DNA of 64,000 nucleotides from an uncultured Pseudomonadales bacterium (GTDB lineage: Bacteria; Patescibacteriota; Microgenomatia; UBA1400; PJMF01), in assembly GCA_964633875.1 (NCBI GenBank), contig CAZWKL010000001.1:53530-117529 (forward strand). The letters are read 5' to 3'. Under the pieces are notes generated by a model, which was not told the origin of the DNA, did no database searches, and was given only the letters and a program-made list of their open reading frames with translations. The position numbers and the translations under genes were made by a program. Below, piece by piece: positions 31,893-40,527 of this stretch; within the stretch, counting starts at the first letter, position 1, and the number at the start of each line of letters is the position of its first letter.

Positions 31893-32498
31893 ATGGCACG
31901 CTATACAGGACCAAAAAACAAATTATCTCGGCAAATCGGTGAAGACCTTGGACTCAAGGCCAATCCGCTTAAGGTTGCCAGAAGGATGAGAATTCGCCCG
32001 GGCCAACATGGAGCCAGGGGGCGGAGAAAGCTGTCTGAGTATGGTATCCAGCTTAAGGAAAAACAAAAAGTTAAATATATTTACGGCATTTTGGAAAAGC
32101 AGCTCCACAGTTTGTATGAAGAAGCTAGCAAAAATCCCACCGCTACCGGCTCGGCTCTCTTGAGCTTGCTTGAGAGAAGGCTGGACAACGTGGTTTACCG
32201 CATGGGTTGGGCACCAACCAGGTCGGCAGCCAGACAGATAGTTTCGCATGGCCATGTGCGAATTAATGATAGAAAAATGAATGTGCCGTCTTATCGAGTT
32301 CAAGTTGATGATATTATCACTCTTTCGGATAAAGCCATGAAAATTCCTGTAGTGCTTCAACAACTAGAAGCCCAAGCAGAAACCAAGGACTGGTTGGAAA
32401 GAAAGAACGCAGTTGGCAAAGTTGCCAGATTGCCCGAAAGAGACGATATTACCGAAGGCATTGAGGAGCAGTTGGTAGTCGAGTACTACAGTCGCTAA
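31893..32498 (+). CDS. rpsD: 30S ribosomal protein S4
   Basis: MARYTGPKNKLSRQIGEDL...; S4 domain. 201 aa. Confidence 0.95.
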   Translation: MARYTGPKNKLSRQIGEDLGLKANPLKVARRMRIRPGQHGARGRRKLSEYGIQLKEKQKVKYIYGILEKQLHSLYEEASKNPTATGSALLSLLERRLDNVVYRMGWAPTRSAARQIVSHGHVRINDRKMNVPSYRVQVDDIITLSDKAMKIPVVLQQLEAQAETKDWLERKNAVGKVARLPERDDITEGIEEQLVVEYYSR

Positions 32499-32595
32499 AG
32501 GAACTTAATTAGTAAGTAGTAAAAAGTATTAACTTATCCGGACACGGATTTTCCCCGCCCCAGGCGGAGAAGAGGAGAAACAAGGAGAAAACATT

Positions 32596-33540
32596 ATGAG
32601 TCAAGATATCTCAAACTACCCGGTCATGAACCCAACCTTCCAGATGGAAGAGAAAAAACTGGCCGACAACCAAGCTATTGTGACGATTGAGCCACTTGAA
32701 AGCGGCTATGGTCACACCGTTGGCAATGCCTTGAGGCGGGTACTTTTAACTTCTTTGCCCGGACATGCCATTACTCAGGTGAGGGTTGAGGGCGCTGAGC
32801 ACCTCTACAGCACTTTGGAAGGCATGACCGAAGATGTGTTCGAATTATCGCTTAACATCAAGCAAATTAGAGTAAAATCGACTAGTAATGATCCGGGAAC
32901 ACTGAGACTTTCAGTTCAGGGTCCTGCTCAAGTCACTGCAGCTGACATTGAAGCTTCGGCCGGTTTTGAAATTCTCAACCCCGAGCTTCACTTGGCTACT
33001 TTAACAGCTAAAACCAATCTCGATCTGGAGATGACGGTTGAGGCAGGTTTGGGTTACGAAGTAGCTGATGAAAAAAAGGCCAGCGCCATTGGCGACATTA
33101 TTGTTGACGCACTCTATTCACCCATTGTTAAAGTTTCCTATGAAGTGGAACAAACCCGGGTGGGCCGCCGCACCGACTACGACAAAATTATTCTGGATAT
33201 TACTACTGACGGCAGCATCGAACCAATCGAAGCGGTCAAACAGGCAGCCAGGATTTTGGCCAAGCAATTTGTGCAAGTTTTTGAGCCCGTAGTAATTGAA
33301 GAAGAAGTGCATGAAGATGAACTTTCGCCTGAGGAGGCAGAAGTTTTGCGACTGACTGTGGAAGAACTGGATCTCCCCACCAGGATTGCCAATGCCCTGA
33401 GAAAAGGTGGTTTCAAAACAGTGGGTGACTTGGCCGGCGCGGATAAAGATGTAGTGGCGAAGGTGAAAAACTTAGGAGAGAAAAGCGTTGATGTTATCAA
33501 CAGCGCCTTGCAAAAGAAAGGCGTAAGCCTGGGAGAATAA
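32596..33540 (+). CDS. rpoA: DNA-directed RNA polymerase subunit alpha
   Basis: 314 aa. N-terminal dimerisation domain (IEPLESGYGHTVGNALRRVLLTSLPG) and C-terminal domain (VEELDLPTRIANAL...GFKTVGDL). Confidence 0.95.
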   Translation: MSQDISNYPVMNPTFQMEEKKLADNQAIVTIEPLESGYGHTVGNALRRVLLTSLPGHAITQVRVEGAEHLYSTLEGMTEDVFELSLNIKQIRVKSTSNDPGTLRLSVQGPAQVTAADIEASAGFEILNPELHLATLTAKTNLDLEMTVEAGLGYEVADEKKASAIGDIIVDALYSPIVKVSYEVEQTRVGRRTDYDKIILDITTDGSIEPIEAVKQAARILAKQFVQVFEPVVIEEEVHEDELSPEEAEVLRLTVEELDLPTRIANALRKGGFKTVGDLAGADKDVVAKVKNLGEKSVDVINSALQKKGVSLGE

Positions 33541-33541
33541 G

Positions 33542-34027
33542 ATGAGACACAGAGTACAAAAGCGCAAGTTTAACCGCGACACCAACAATCGCAAAGCCTT
33601 GTTGAGGAACTTGGTTCGTCAGTTGGTTGAGCATGGTTCAATTACTACCAGCGAAGCCAAAGCTAAAGAAACTAAAAGAGTAGCTGACAAATTAATTGGC
33701 AAAGCTAAAACTGACAACTTGGCTACCAGAAGAAAGTTGCACACTTTTTTTGGCAAGCGCGATGTGGTCAATACTTTAATTGAGCGGGTAGCACCGGTGT
33801 TTACCAAAAGAAAATCTGGTTTTACCAGAATTGTGAAAATTGGTAGTCGTCGTGGCGACAACAGCCCGGTGGTAAAACTCGAACTGGTGGAGCAACGAGA
33901 GTTATTGCATACTTTGCGAAATCCTGAAGCGAAAGTAGCAGCTAAAACCACCAAATCTGTCAAGACCACTAAAACTATCAGGGCGGCCACCAAGACAACT
34001 AAAACAACCAAGAAGAAGGCGGCATAA
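33542..34027 (+). CDS. rplQ: 50S ribosomal protein L17, with a Lys/Thr-rich C-terminal tail
   Basis: MRHRVQKRKFNRDTNNRKALLRNLVRQLVEHGSITTSEAKAKE... The tail is AKTTKSVKTTKTIRAATKTTKTTKKKAA. Confidence 0.9.
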   Translation: MRHRVQKRKFNRDTNNRKALLRNLVRQLVEHGSITTSEAKAKETKRVADKLIGKAKTDNLATRRKLHTFFGKRDVVNTLIERVAPVFTKRKSGFTRIVKIGSRRGDNSPVVKLELVEQRELLHTLRNPEAKVAAKTTKSVKTTKTIRAATKTTKTTKKKAA

Positions 34028-34030
34028 ATT

Positions 34031-34468
34031 ATGCAAAAAACTTACATGCACAAACCGGCTGATGTGAAAAGAGAATGGCACTTGATGGATGCTCAAGATC
34101 AGGTATTGGGTCGTTTCGCTACTCAGGTGGCAGAGAAACTCATCGGCAAGCACAAAAAAGAATTCACCCCTCATGTTGACGGCGGTGATTATGTGGTGGT
34201 TATTAACGCGGTTGAGATTGCGGTGACCGGCAACAAGAGAACTGACAAAAAATATTACCGTCATTCAGGTTTTCCCGGCGGCTTGAAAGTTCGCACTTTT
34301 GACGAACTTCAGCAGAAATTTCCTGAAAAAATTATTGAATTAGCCGTTAAAAACATGCTACCTAAAAATAAGCATCAAGATGAGCGCATGACTCGACTCA
34401 AAGTCTACGCTGGTAGTGAGCATAAGCATCAGAGCCAACTCACCGCTAAGGACAAGGGAGCAAAATAA
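34031..34468 (+). CDS. rplM: 50S ribosomal protein L13
   Basis: MQKTYMHKPADVKREWHLMDAQDQVLGRFATQVAEKLIGKHK... Canonical. Confidence 0.95.
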   Translation: MQKTYMHKPADVKREWHLMDAQDQVLGRFATQVAEKLIGKHKKEFTPHVDGGDYVVVINAVEIAVTGNKRTDKKYYRHSGFPGGLKVRTFDELQQKFPEKIIELAVKNMLPKNKHQDERMTRLKVYAGSEHKHQSQLTAKDKGAK

Positions 34469-34475
34469 GGAAAGT

Positions 34476-34991
34476 ATGGCATTAAAATTAGGCAAAAAAC
34501 AAAACCGCGTTAAGAAAATTATTAAGAAAGCCAGCCAAACCAATGTTCGCGCGGCGGGAGCAGACAGCGCTGTTAATTCCAACCTTACTCTGCCAACAGG
34601 TAGATTTACTGAGGGTCTGGGTCGTAGGAAAGTGGCTATAGCCAGGGTCAGGCTTTACGAGTCTAAGGGCGATTTTGTAGTTAATGGCCAATTAGTCACC
34701 GATTATTTTGCCGGAGTGATGAATGTAGTCAAGCTTTATAATCAGCCGTTTGAAATTACCAATACTAAAGACAAATTTGCCGTCACCGTGAAAGTGAGTG
34801 GTTCCGGACTGCCAGCGCAATTAGAAGCAATGGTTCACGGTATTGCTCGCGCTTTGGTTGAGTATGATCCGGAAAATCGGCCTCTTTTGAAACAAGCGGG
34901 CTTGCTCACCAGAGATCCGAGAATGAAGGAAACGCGCAAACCTGGCAGGGGCGGTAAAGCCAGACGCAAGCGTCAATCACCAAAGCGGTAA
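34476..34991 (+). CDS. rpsI: 30S ribosomal protein S9, with an N-terminal extension
   Basis: S9 core ending ...GGKARRKRQSPKR. The ORF track starts at 34416, overlapping rplM. The ATG at 34476 (MALKLGKK) has an AAGGAAAG RBS. The 3' end overlaps the convergent gene 34977..35378 by 15 nt. Confidence 0.88.
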   Translation: MALKLGKKQNRVKKIIKKASQTNVRAAGADSAVNSNLTLPTGRFTEGLGRRKVAIARVRLYESKGDFVVNGQLVTDYFAGVMNVVKLYNQPFEITNTKDKFAVTVKVSGSGLPAQLEAMVHGIARALVEYDPENRPLLKQAGLLTRDPRMKETRKPGRGGKARRKRQSPKR

Positions 34992-35378
34992 GGTGGGAAT
35001 TTTCCAGTCGCCTTTGGGATATCTTCTCTTGAGGTAGGCCATCATGTCATCCATAGTCCAAGTTTGCGTATCATCAAGCTCGTTTTTGTTTATTCTGGGA
35101 TTGGTGTAAACTTTGCCATTGCCCAACTGAATTTTGGTTACTCCTGGAGGCAAATGCTGAAAAATGATCACTCTGTACACGTTTTCGACTAATGGGCTTA
35201 AAGGAATTTTTGAACCTGTTTCTTCGTCAAAATAAAATCCAGAATTCAGCGCTCTGATGGCCTCATCAATTTTCAACGCCATTTGAATAATTTTTGCCTC
35301 TTGCTCTTCCCCCACATCCACCGCGTGAGGTTTTTTAGTAGGCAAGTTAAAATTTATTCCAAATATCTCAACCATCAA
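34977..35378 (-). CDS. Hypothetical soluble protein (133 aa), the terminal gene of the ABC-2 operon
   Basis: No TM segments and no recognisable family. Its start lies 10 nt downstream of the stop of the preceding permease, so it is probably co-transcribed. Confidence 0.35.
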   Translation of the reverse strand: MMVEIFGINFNLPTKKPHAVDVGEEQEAKIIQMALKIDEAIRALNSGFYFDEETGSKIPLSPLVENVYRVIIFQHLPPGVTKIQLGNGKVYTNPRINKNELDDTQTWTMDDMMAYLKRRYPKGDWKIPTLPLW

Positions 35379-35387
35379 TGCCTTTCT

Positions 35388-36215
35388 TTAACTACTAGCA
35401 CTACTATACCTTTTTAGGCTCCAATTCCAAAGCCAAAGGCTAAAAGTAAAAAAGCCAATTCCAAAAAAGCTGGCCATGACACCAGTGTAGGTGGGTGGCT
35501 GGTTGATGAGAATTTGACTGGGAATGGTGATCATCATGCCTACTGGTACCAAGAAAAACAATGCCAAGCGAATTGGTTCCAGGTAAATGGTGACGGGAAA
35601 CCGAGCCATGTCCATCAGGTCGCGATAAAGCCAGGTGGCGCCATCGATTTCGGTGGTGAGGATGCCGATGGCTAGGATGATGATGTGTAGCGCTGCAGCA
35701 ATGAGGAAAGCATTGGCGAGCAGAAGCAAGTACCAGGCTAGTGAAGCAACGGTGATGGTTAGCTCAAGCTGCAGCGCAATCCAAATACTAATCACCGTAG
35801 TAGGAATGACAAAAACAGCATCATTGAAATCGGGGTGGCCAGTGAGGGTTTGAAAAAGCGTATTAACTGGCTTGGCCAGGAGAAAATCCAACTCACCGCG
35901 CCTAACTTGTTGAGAAAACATGTACACTCCTCGGAAAAACACCTGAGACATCAAATCAATGAACTGATAGGTTAGGAAAAAGACAATCATTTCGTCAGTG
36001 GTGTAACCGGCAAAAGTATCAATAGTTTCTCTGATCAAAAACAAAACCAAAAGCGACATGGCAAACCTGATCACTTTGCCGGTGAAAAATAACGAATTTG
36101 TCCAACGATTGACAAAAGTTTGTTGCAGCACGTTGCTGGCCAGAATTCTCCAGACTTTAAAGTGGGTTTTCAGTCGTTTTAAGTTCATTATATTCCTATT
36201 GTCCGGCAGCATCAT
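35388..36215 (-). CDS. ABC-2-family transporter permease paralog F (6 TM)
   Basis: ~265-aa polytopic membrane protein sharing with five neighbours a conserved G-E/K-L-D-F-[YL]-L-x-[KR]-P loop (GELDFLLAKPVN) and a C-terminal ...YSSASS motif. Resembles COG4587/COG3694 'ABC-type uncharacterized transport system' permeases. Confidence 0.6.
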   Translation of the reverse strand: MMLPDNRNIMNLKRLKTHFKVWRILASNVLQQTFVNRWTNSLFFTGKVIRFAMSLLVLFLIRETIDTFAGYTTDEMIVFFLTYQFIDLMSQVFFRGVYMFSQQVRRGELDFLLAKPVNTLFQTLTGHPDFNDAVFVIPTTVISIWIALQLELTITVASLAWYLLLLANAFLIAAALHIIILAIGILTTEIDGATWLYRDLMDMARFPVTIYLEPIRLALFFLVPVGMMITIPSQILINQPPTYTGVMASFFGIGFFTFSLWLWNWSLKRYSSASS

Positions 36216-36987
36216 AACTTTTCAAGCCCCGGCCCCAAATATATTTCACCAGCCAGCCAAAAAATACAATCCAAGCCAAGAGCGTGAGCGTGTGTGTGAG
36301 CAATTCCTGGGGATTGAGTTTATCAAGAAACAACTGAGTCTGCATAAAGGCAAAATAAGGGAACGGAGTCATAAAAATAATCTTTTGCAGTAGTTCTGGC
36401 AAAATATTGAGAGGGAAGAGTTTGCCGGCAGTGATGTTAATGATCATGAAAAAGAGAAACCTTGGACCCCAAGTGTCCGGACTCCAAAAACCAAAAGCGC
36501 CAAAAAGCAAAGTAATCAGAAAATTCAAAATAATGCCACCCATCATCCAAACCAGAAATAGCAAAAAATTGTTTAAGCCAGGCAAAAAGATGACCGGCTG
36601 AAAAATCAAAAATAGTAGGGAAGTTTCAATGACCAAAAACCCGACATTTTTTAATTTATCGGCAATTTCTTGAGTGGCAAAATAGCCATAAACATTCATT
36701 GGTTTAATTAAAAACTGACTTAACTCACCGGAATAAACAATATTGGCTAAATTATTGAGAGCGGTAGCAATAATCGCGCTTTGCAAAAAAGCGGCCAGAA
36801 AAATATAGGTGATCATTTCTTGCTGATTGTAGGCAAAAGCGCTCTCAGTGGCGCCAAAAATGACCGTCCAGAGGGTCAGCGCCATGATGGTGGAGAGAAA
36901 CTGGCGAAAGCGCCACATCAAGATACTGGCCCGGTAGACCAGACCGTTTTCCCAAGCCACTTTGGTTAAAACCCAATATTTTCGCAT
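36196..36987 (-). CDS. ABC-2-family transporter permease paralog E
   Basis: Same architecture. Loop GELSQFLIKPMN; C-terminus ...KSYDAAGQ. 20-nt overlap with paralog F. Confidence 0.6.
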   Translation of the reverse strand: MRKYWVLTKVAWENGLVYRASILMWRFRQFLSTIMALTLWTVIFGATESAFAYNQQEMITYIFLAAFLQSAIIATALNNLANIVYSGELSQFLIKPMNVYGYFATQEIADKLKNVGFLVIETSLLFLIFQPVIFLPGLNNFLLFLVWMMGGIILNFLITLLFGAFGFWSPDTWGPRFLFFMIINITAGKLFPLNILPELLQKIIFMTPFPYFAFMQTQLFLDKLNPQELLTHTLTLLAWIVFFGWLVKYIWGRGLKSYDAAGQ

Positions 36988-37004
36988 GATGATTACCGCG
37001 CAGC

Positions 37005-37080
37005 CCTTTTTTCACCCTTTTTCACAGATTTTCACGCTTTTTGACCCAGGCTTTCACGCTTTTTTCACAACTTTTCACGC
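37005..37080. repeat. Seven phased (T)nTCAC / GTGA(A)n heptamer repeats at 10-12-bp spacing, lying between the ATPase stop and the permease E start
   Basis: Plus strand: cccTTTTTTCACccTTTTTCACagaTTTTCACgcTTTTTGACccaggcTTTCACgcTTTTTTCACaacTTTTCACgc. TTCAC cores at 37011, 37021, 37031, (37041 TTGAC), 37053, 37064 and 37074. The last copy overlaps the ATPase stop codon (TGA at 37077..37075 on the minus strand). Confidence 0.6.
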
Positions 37081-38079
37081 CGCTTGAGTATCACTGAAGA
37101 CTTCACGGATAATGGCCTCAATTGGCGGCTCTTCAATATTCAAATCTTCTACCGGCAGCTTGTTGAGAATCTTGCCTGCCTGGGTAGTGGCTTGTTTGCG
37201 CGGCACCAGCAAAGTAGCCGTGTAAGCAGAACCGTCTTGGTGGTACTCTTTGATCTCACCAAATTTTTTGAGGTCTTTTTCTTTGACTTCCTGGCTAAAA
37301 ACCAGGGACAGAATTTTGTTGCGGGCGTACTTGTCAATAATATTTTGCAGCTTGCCGTCAAAAACTTTTTTGCCCTCATCAATAATAATGGCCCGCTCAC
37401 ACAGCTCCTTGACGTCGTCCATGTAGTGACTGGTGAGAATAATGGTAGCGCCGAACTCTTGGTTGTACTGCTTGATGAAATCGCGCAGAGTTTTCTGCAT
37501 CACTACGTCCAGGCCAATGGTCGGCTCATCCAGAAACAGCACTTTAGGATTGTGCAGCAGGGCGGCGATCAGTTCGCACTTCATTCTCTGGCCGAGTGAA
37601 AGCTTGCGCACCTGGACATTGAGAATTTTACGCACATCCAGCAAATCCACCAGTTTGTCGAGTGTTTTTTGGAACTCTTGATCAGGAATTTCGTAAATGG
37701 CTTTGTTGAGCAAGAAAGTTTCCATGGCCGGCAGGTCCCACCAGAGTTGATTTTTTTGGCCCATCACCAGCGCAAACTGCTTTTGAAACTCCGGTTTGCG
37801 ATCCCAAGGGTTGTAGCCGAGTACACTAACCGCGCCGCCGGAAGGATAGAGCAAGCCCGAGAGCACTTTCAGGGTAGTAGTTTTGCCGGCGCCGTTTTGG
37901 CCAATAAAGCCCACTACTTCACCTTCAAAAATTTCAAAACTAATGTCATCGACCGCCCTGACGGTTTCGTACTCGCGGTGCCAGAGCGACTTAATCGAAC
38001 CCCAAAGCCCCGGCTCTTTGTGATAAACCTTAAAGTGTTTTTTGAGATTTTTGACAGAAATGATTGTTTTTTTCGACAT
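37075..38079 (-). CDS. ABC transporter ATP-binding protein (COG4586-like) with a C-terminal extension
   Basis: Walker A GQNGAGKTT. Q-loop, signature LSLGQRMKCELIAAL, Walker B LFLDEPTIGLD and the H-loop are present. 334 aa (~90 aa beyond the NBD). It sits in the middle of six permease genes. Confidence 0.85.
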   Translation of the reverse strand: MSKKTIISVKNLKKHFKVYHKEPGLWGSIKSLWHREYETVRAVDDISFEIFEGEVVGFIGQNGAGKTTTLKVLSGLLYPSGGAVSVLGYNPWDRKPEFQKQFALVMGQKNQLWWDLPAMETFLLNKAIYEIPDQEFQKTLDKLVDLLDVRKILNVQVRKLSLGQRMKCELIAALLHNPKVLFLDEPTIGLDVVMQKTLRDFIKQYNQEFGATIILTSHYMDDVKELCERAIIIDEGKKVFDGKLQNIIDKYARNKILSLVFSQEVKEKDLKKFGEIKEYHQDGSAYTATLLVPRKQATTQAGKILNKLPVEDLNIEEPPIEAIIREVFSDTQAA

Positions 38080-38106
38080 AGATATTGTTGTATTGTAACG
38101 TAATTT

Positions 38107-38907
38107 TTACGAGCTTGCTGAGGAATATTGCTTCAAACTGTGTTGCCACACGATTTTGCTGAGAGTGACGCTACCCACCGCTGCCACTGCCGACAAGAGC
38201 AGTAGCCACCAACTACCCCTGCCCAGCAAAAACAAAGTGGGAATATAGCCGAAAAAGGCCATTGGAATCAAGGTAACCGCCACCAGCTGAAAACTGAAGG
38301 GAAACAACGGCTGGGGATATTGGCCAAAATCGCTGATTTTCATGAAAACTTCAAAAACTTGCGAAGCTCTGGTGAGGTAGAAAGCCATGGAAGAATACAA
38401 AGACACAATGCCGTAGCAAACCACGATCCCCAGTACAAACGCCACCAAAAACATTAACAGGCCAGCCGGCGTAATCACCGCTTTTAAAGTAAACATTTGG
38501 TAAAAAAGCAGCAGCGCCAAGCTTATCATCAACACAAATTGCTCCACTTCCGGCTTGGAGTAAAACGACATAAATTGAGAATCAACCGGTTTGGTCAGGT
38601 AAAAATCCAACTTTCCTTGCCGAATATCGAAATAAACAAACTCCCGTGCGCCTTTCATAAAAAGTACAAAACAGCAGGTAAAAATTAGGTGAAAAACCAG
38701 AAAGAGCAAATAGCCCTCTGCTTCCGACCAGCCAGCCACCACAGGAGTAATGGTGTAAGCAATCTTGACCATAAAAAACATCACCACAACGTAGGCGGGA
38801 GCGTAAAGCGACTGCACCACAAAGTTGACCTTGTAAGCCATGATGGCGTTGAGGTGATAAATGAAAAATTTTCGGTAAAGATTGAGGTACTTGAGCGCTT
38901 TTTTCAT
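38107..38907 (-). CDS. ABC-2-family transporter permease paralog D
   Basis: Loop GKLDFYLTKPVD; C-terminus ...LKQYSSASS. 6 predicted TM helices. Confidence 0.6.
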   Translation of the reverse strand: MKKALKYLNLYRKFFIYHLNAIMAYKVNFVVQSLYAPAYVVVMFFMVKIAYTITPVVAGWSEAEGYLLFLVFHLIFTCCFVLFMKGAREFVYFDIRQGKLDFYLTKPVDSQFMSFYSKPEVEQFVLMISLALLLFYQMFTLKAVITPAGLLMFLVAFVLGIVVCYGIVSLYSSMAFYLTRASQVFEVFMKISDFGQYPQPLFPFSFQLVAVTLIPMAFFGYIPTLFLLGRGSWWLLLLSAVAAVGSVTLSKIVWQHSLKQYSSASS

Positions 38908-39702
38908 TTAAATACCCGTGCTTTCATAACTTTTAGAGCCGGCGCGCCAAAGTAAGTCGCGCAAGTAAGTGACGACAACGATCCAGCCGCAAAGAATCCC
39001 CAACCCCGCCAGAGCGGTAGTTTTTGGCAGTTCGTGATTCATCATCTGAATGGGCGTGTAAGCCAGGTGTTGAAAAGGCAGAAAGAAAGAGATCTGCTGA
39101 AACAACTGAGGAAAAAAGCTAATCGGTACCAAAACACCTGACAAAAATCTAATAACGATCAGCAGCGACCAGCGGATAGCAAAAACATCGTTAAACCAGA
39201 AACACAAGCCGGAAATCAAGCTGTACAAACTGAAAGTGAAAATAAAAATTATCGGCATGAAGAGCAAGAGCAAGGCAAAATCACCCAAGCCGGCGTTGAG
39301 TGAGTAGCCCAACAGATACAAAATTGGCAAGATCACCAGGAACTTAAATAAAGTTTCTAAAATTATCGTCCCGCTTTCAAAAGAGAAGTAATGCCAGACG
39401 GGCGAAATGGGTTTGAGCAAAAACTTGGACAAGTAGCCCAGCTTGATATCTTCATCAATGTACCAAGTGTGTAGGTTGGACAAACTGTACAGAATGGCCG
39501 CCAGGAAAAAATAGCGCACGGTTTGGTCTGAGGCCATGATTTGATTGTCACCGCTTTTTTGCACGCCAATCCAAACCAGCGACATCAAAATTACCATGGT
39601 GGCGTACTTGAGTGTCCGCAGCACAAAGTCGAAGCGATACTGCATCGTGTCTTGAATGCTGATTTTGGTGACCAAAAGATACTTTTTCATTTTTTGCGCC
39701 AA
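38908..39702 (-). CDS. ABC-2-family transporter permease paralog C
   Basis: Loop GYLSKFLLKPIS; C-terminus ...SKSYESTGI. Directly abuts paralog D with a 0-nt gap. Confidence 0.6.
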   Translation of the reverse strand: MAQKMKKYLLVTKISIQDTMQYRFDFVLRTLKYATMVILMSLVWIGVQKSGDNQIMASDQTVRYFFLAAILYSLSNLHTWYIDEDIKLGYLSKFLLKPISPVWHYFSFESGTIILETLFKFLVILPILYLLGYSLNAGLGDFALLLLFMPIIFIFTFSLYSLISGLCFWFNDVFAIRWSLLIVIRFLSGVLVPISFFPQLFQQISFFLPFQHLAYTPIQMMNHELPKTTALAGLGILCGWIVVVTYLRDLLWRAGSKSYESTGI

Positions 39703-39723
39703 TCAAGGTACCAAGCAAGGCCT

Positions 39724-40527
39724 TTAATTCCCCACGCTGGTGTATTTTTTGATTGAAATTTTGTAAAACCAACCTGCGAAAATTATAAACCCTAAAGTAA
39801 AAATCAAGAAATACAATATGAGGGCGTAATTTTCTCTGCCCAGCAAAGCCTCGCTCGGCAAACTAGTCACTAAAGCCAAGGGGAAAAGAGTGGTAAAAAC
39901 AAACGAGGCCACGCCAGTGTAAATTGAGCGGGGAAACTGATAAATATCCCTCAGAGAAGGCATAATACTAGTGACGTTATCCAGTCTCTCAAACCAAAAG
40001 GCGATCGTGGCCGTTACAAACCAGCCGGTGTAAAGGAAAATTAAGCTGATCAACACTAAAGCAATGAAAAGGGCGATGTGTACGATAGAAAGCTCGATCT
40101 GCAGGTTTTTAAGCGCCCAAATGAGCACAAATATGCCAATAAGGAGCCTGGGAACGTTGTCATAGCTGTTGCGGTGAACCAATAAGAGGTAAGTGGTGTT
40201 GATTGGCCGGATGAGTAGGTCGGAGAGTTGGCCGGAATAAATCATCCGCCGGAAACGCATCATGTTGGGCGCGAACCAACCCCAAGTGAAAGCATCCAGG
40301 ATAGTGTAGGTGGCCACCACCAAGTAAAGTTCCATCTCGCTCCAGCCGGCGATGTTGTCATTGACACCAATCAACAGCCTGAAGAAAAAGAAATTAAAAG
40401 CTGTCCACATCACCGAGACAAAGCTCCAGAAGAAAAAATCAGTCCGGTAGGTCATCATTTGCATTAGCATCAGCTTGCGAAAGTGCCAAAAAAGTTGCCA
40501 GTATTTTTTCAGTCCCTTGTTTGTCAT
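39724..40527 (-). CDS. ABC-2-family transporter permease paralog B
   Basis: Loop GQLSDLLIRPIN; C-terminus ...KKYTSVGN. Directly abuts paralog A. Confidence 0.6.
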   Translation of the reverse strand: MTNKGLKKYWQLFWHFRKLMLMQMMTYRTDFFFWSFVSVMWTAFNFFFFRLLIGVNDNIAGWSEMELYLVVATYTILDAFTWGWFAPNMMRFRRMIYSGQLSDLLIRPINTTYLLLVHRNSYDNVPRLLIGIFVLIWALKNLQIELSIVHIALFIALVLISLIFLYTGWFVTATIAFWFERLDNVTSIMPSLRDIYQFPRSIYTGVASFVFTTLFPLALVTSLPSEALLGRENYALILYFLIFTLGFIIFAGWFYKISIKKYTSVGN

